This document shows positions 63,483 to 64,000 of a stretch of DNA of 64,000 bases, piece by piece. Position numbers and translations under genes: made by a program. Origin of the DNA: Clostridia bacterium (GTDB taxonomy: Bacteria > Bacillota > Clostridia > Oscillospirales > CAG-272); contig JAFTXE010000078.1 of NCBI GenBank assembly GCA_017461745.1, positions 30,282-94,281 on the forward strand, read 5' to 3'. Under the pieces are notes generated by a model. That model saw only the letters and a program-made list of their open reading frames with translations, searched no databases and was not told the DNA's origin. Each line of letters begins with the position of its first letter. Within the stretch, counting starts at the first letter, position 1.

Positions 63483-64000
63483 TTATTTGCCGTTGCATAT
63501 CTGCATAGCTCCGTTGATATCTTCGGAAACTATTTTCTCGACGCCAGAGAGCGCCTTAGTATATATCGCCGAAAGCGCTTCTTTTTCCTCCTTGGTAAAC
63601 GAGGACAGCACCCAATCCTTTATATCGTAATCGGGATGCGGTTTTTTACCGACTCCAACGCGAATACGCGGTATAGACTCAGTTCCCATAACCTCAATAA
63701 TATCATTAAGCCCCTTCTGTCCGCCCGCGCTACCGCTTTTACGGACGCGAAGTCTGCCGACGTCAAGGTTTACGTCATCGGAGATTACTATTATATTTTC
63801 GGGAGCAAGCTTATAAAATCTCGCCGCTTCACCAACTGCCTCACCTGAATTATTCATAAACGTCTGAGGCTTCATGAGCAGCACTCCAACGCCGCCGATA
63901 TCCACGGTCGCGGTCAGCGCCTTAAATTTTGCTCTGTCTATTTTTACGCCTTTTTTCTCCGCAATATAGTCTATAGTCAAGAATCCCGCGTTATGTCTCG
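63483..64000 (-). CDS. pth: Peptidyl-tRNA hydrolase (N-terminus outside the window)
   Basis: The frame stays open to the window edge and reads ..TRHNAGFLTIDYIA..MKPQTFMNNSGEAV..VISDDV.L..G.LR.R..GS.GG.KGL. The track's 'M' at 63980 is an internal TTG Leu. Confidence 0.9.
   Translation of the reverse strand, partial: RHNAGFLTIDYIAEKKGVKIDRAKFKALTATVDIGGVGVLLMKPQTFMNNSGEAVGEAARFYKLAPENIIVISDDVNLDVGRLRVRKSGSAGGQKGLNDIIEVMGTESIPRIRVGVGKKPHPDYDIKDWVLSSFTKEEKEALSAIYTKALSGVEKIVSEDINGAMQICNGK

Noticed and set aside
1-64000. CRISPR arrays, IS transposases, integrases, prophage modules, toxin-antitoxin pairs and known defence systems
   Set aside because: I scanned ORF translations and intergenic regions. 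I found no regularly spaced direct repeats, no DDE/serine/tyrosine recombinase motifs, no reverse transcriptase, and no phage structural proteins. The only mobile-looking sequences are the two non-autonomous palindromic elements.

Overview
This 64-kb window looks like core chromosome of an endospore-forming Firmicute of class Clostridia. Spore genes are scattered through it: pdaA, spoIIP-gpr, an M50 protease and a SigH-like sigma factor. A cohesin/dockerin gene pair and the mid-40s %GC suggest a Ruminococcus/Oscillospiraceae-like organism, but that is inference only.

Most of the window is housekeeping:
- an htrA-RR-HK-rlmA operon
- addBA, an EF-G paralog, hom, gdhA
- ylxM-ffh-rpsP-KH, mgtE
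- a YtrA-type ABC operon
- T-box-pheST, tRNA-Leu(GAG), potAB plus a potC-potD fusion
- TPP riboswitch-thiT, prsA-like, mfd, pth

Nearly every operon has a near-consensus TTGACA-17-(TGn)TATAAT promoter and a hairpin terminator. I see no CRISPR array, transposase, integrase, phage module or recognisable defence system.

The signals not explained by ordinary annotation are:
1. Two copies (13857-14303 and 57292-57606) of a hairpin-capped element with long inverted repeats and no transposase, each between convergent genes. Copy A carries a 222-nt structured, non-palindromic core.
2. An orphan consensus promoter driving a 155-nt rod-like RNA plus intrinsic terminator, upstream of a lipoprotein gene (47960-48203).
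3. A lipoprotein-cohesin / dockerin gene pair built from a recurrent Cys-rich mini-module (20018-23669).
4. An AT-rich two-gene membrane cassette of unknown function (28150-30497).
5. A PotC-PotD fusion.

All functional calls rest on motif recognition by eye. No database search was run.
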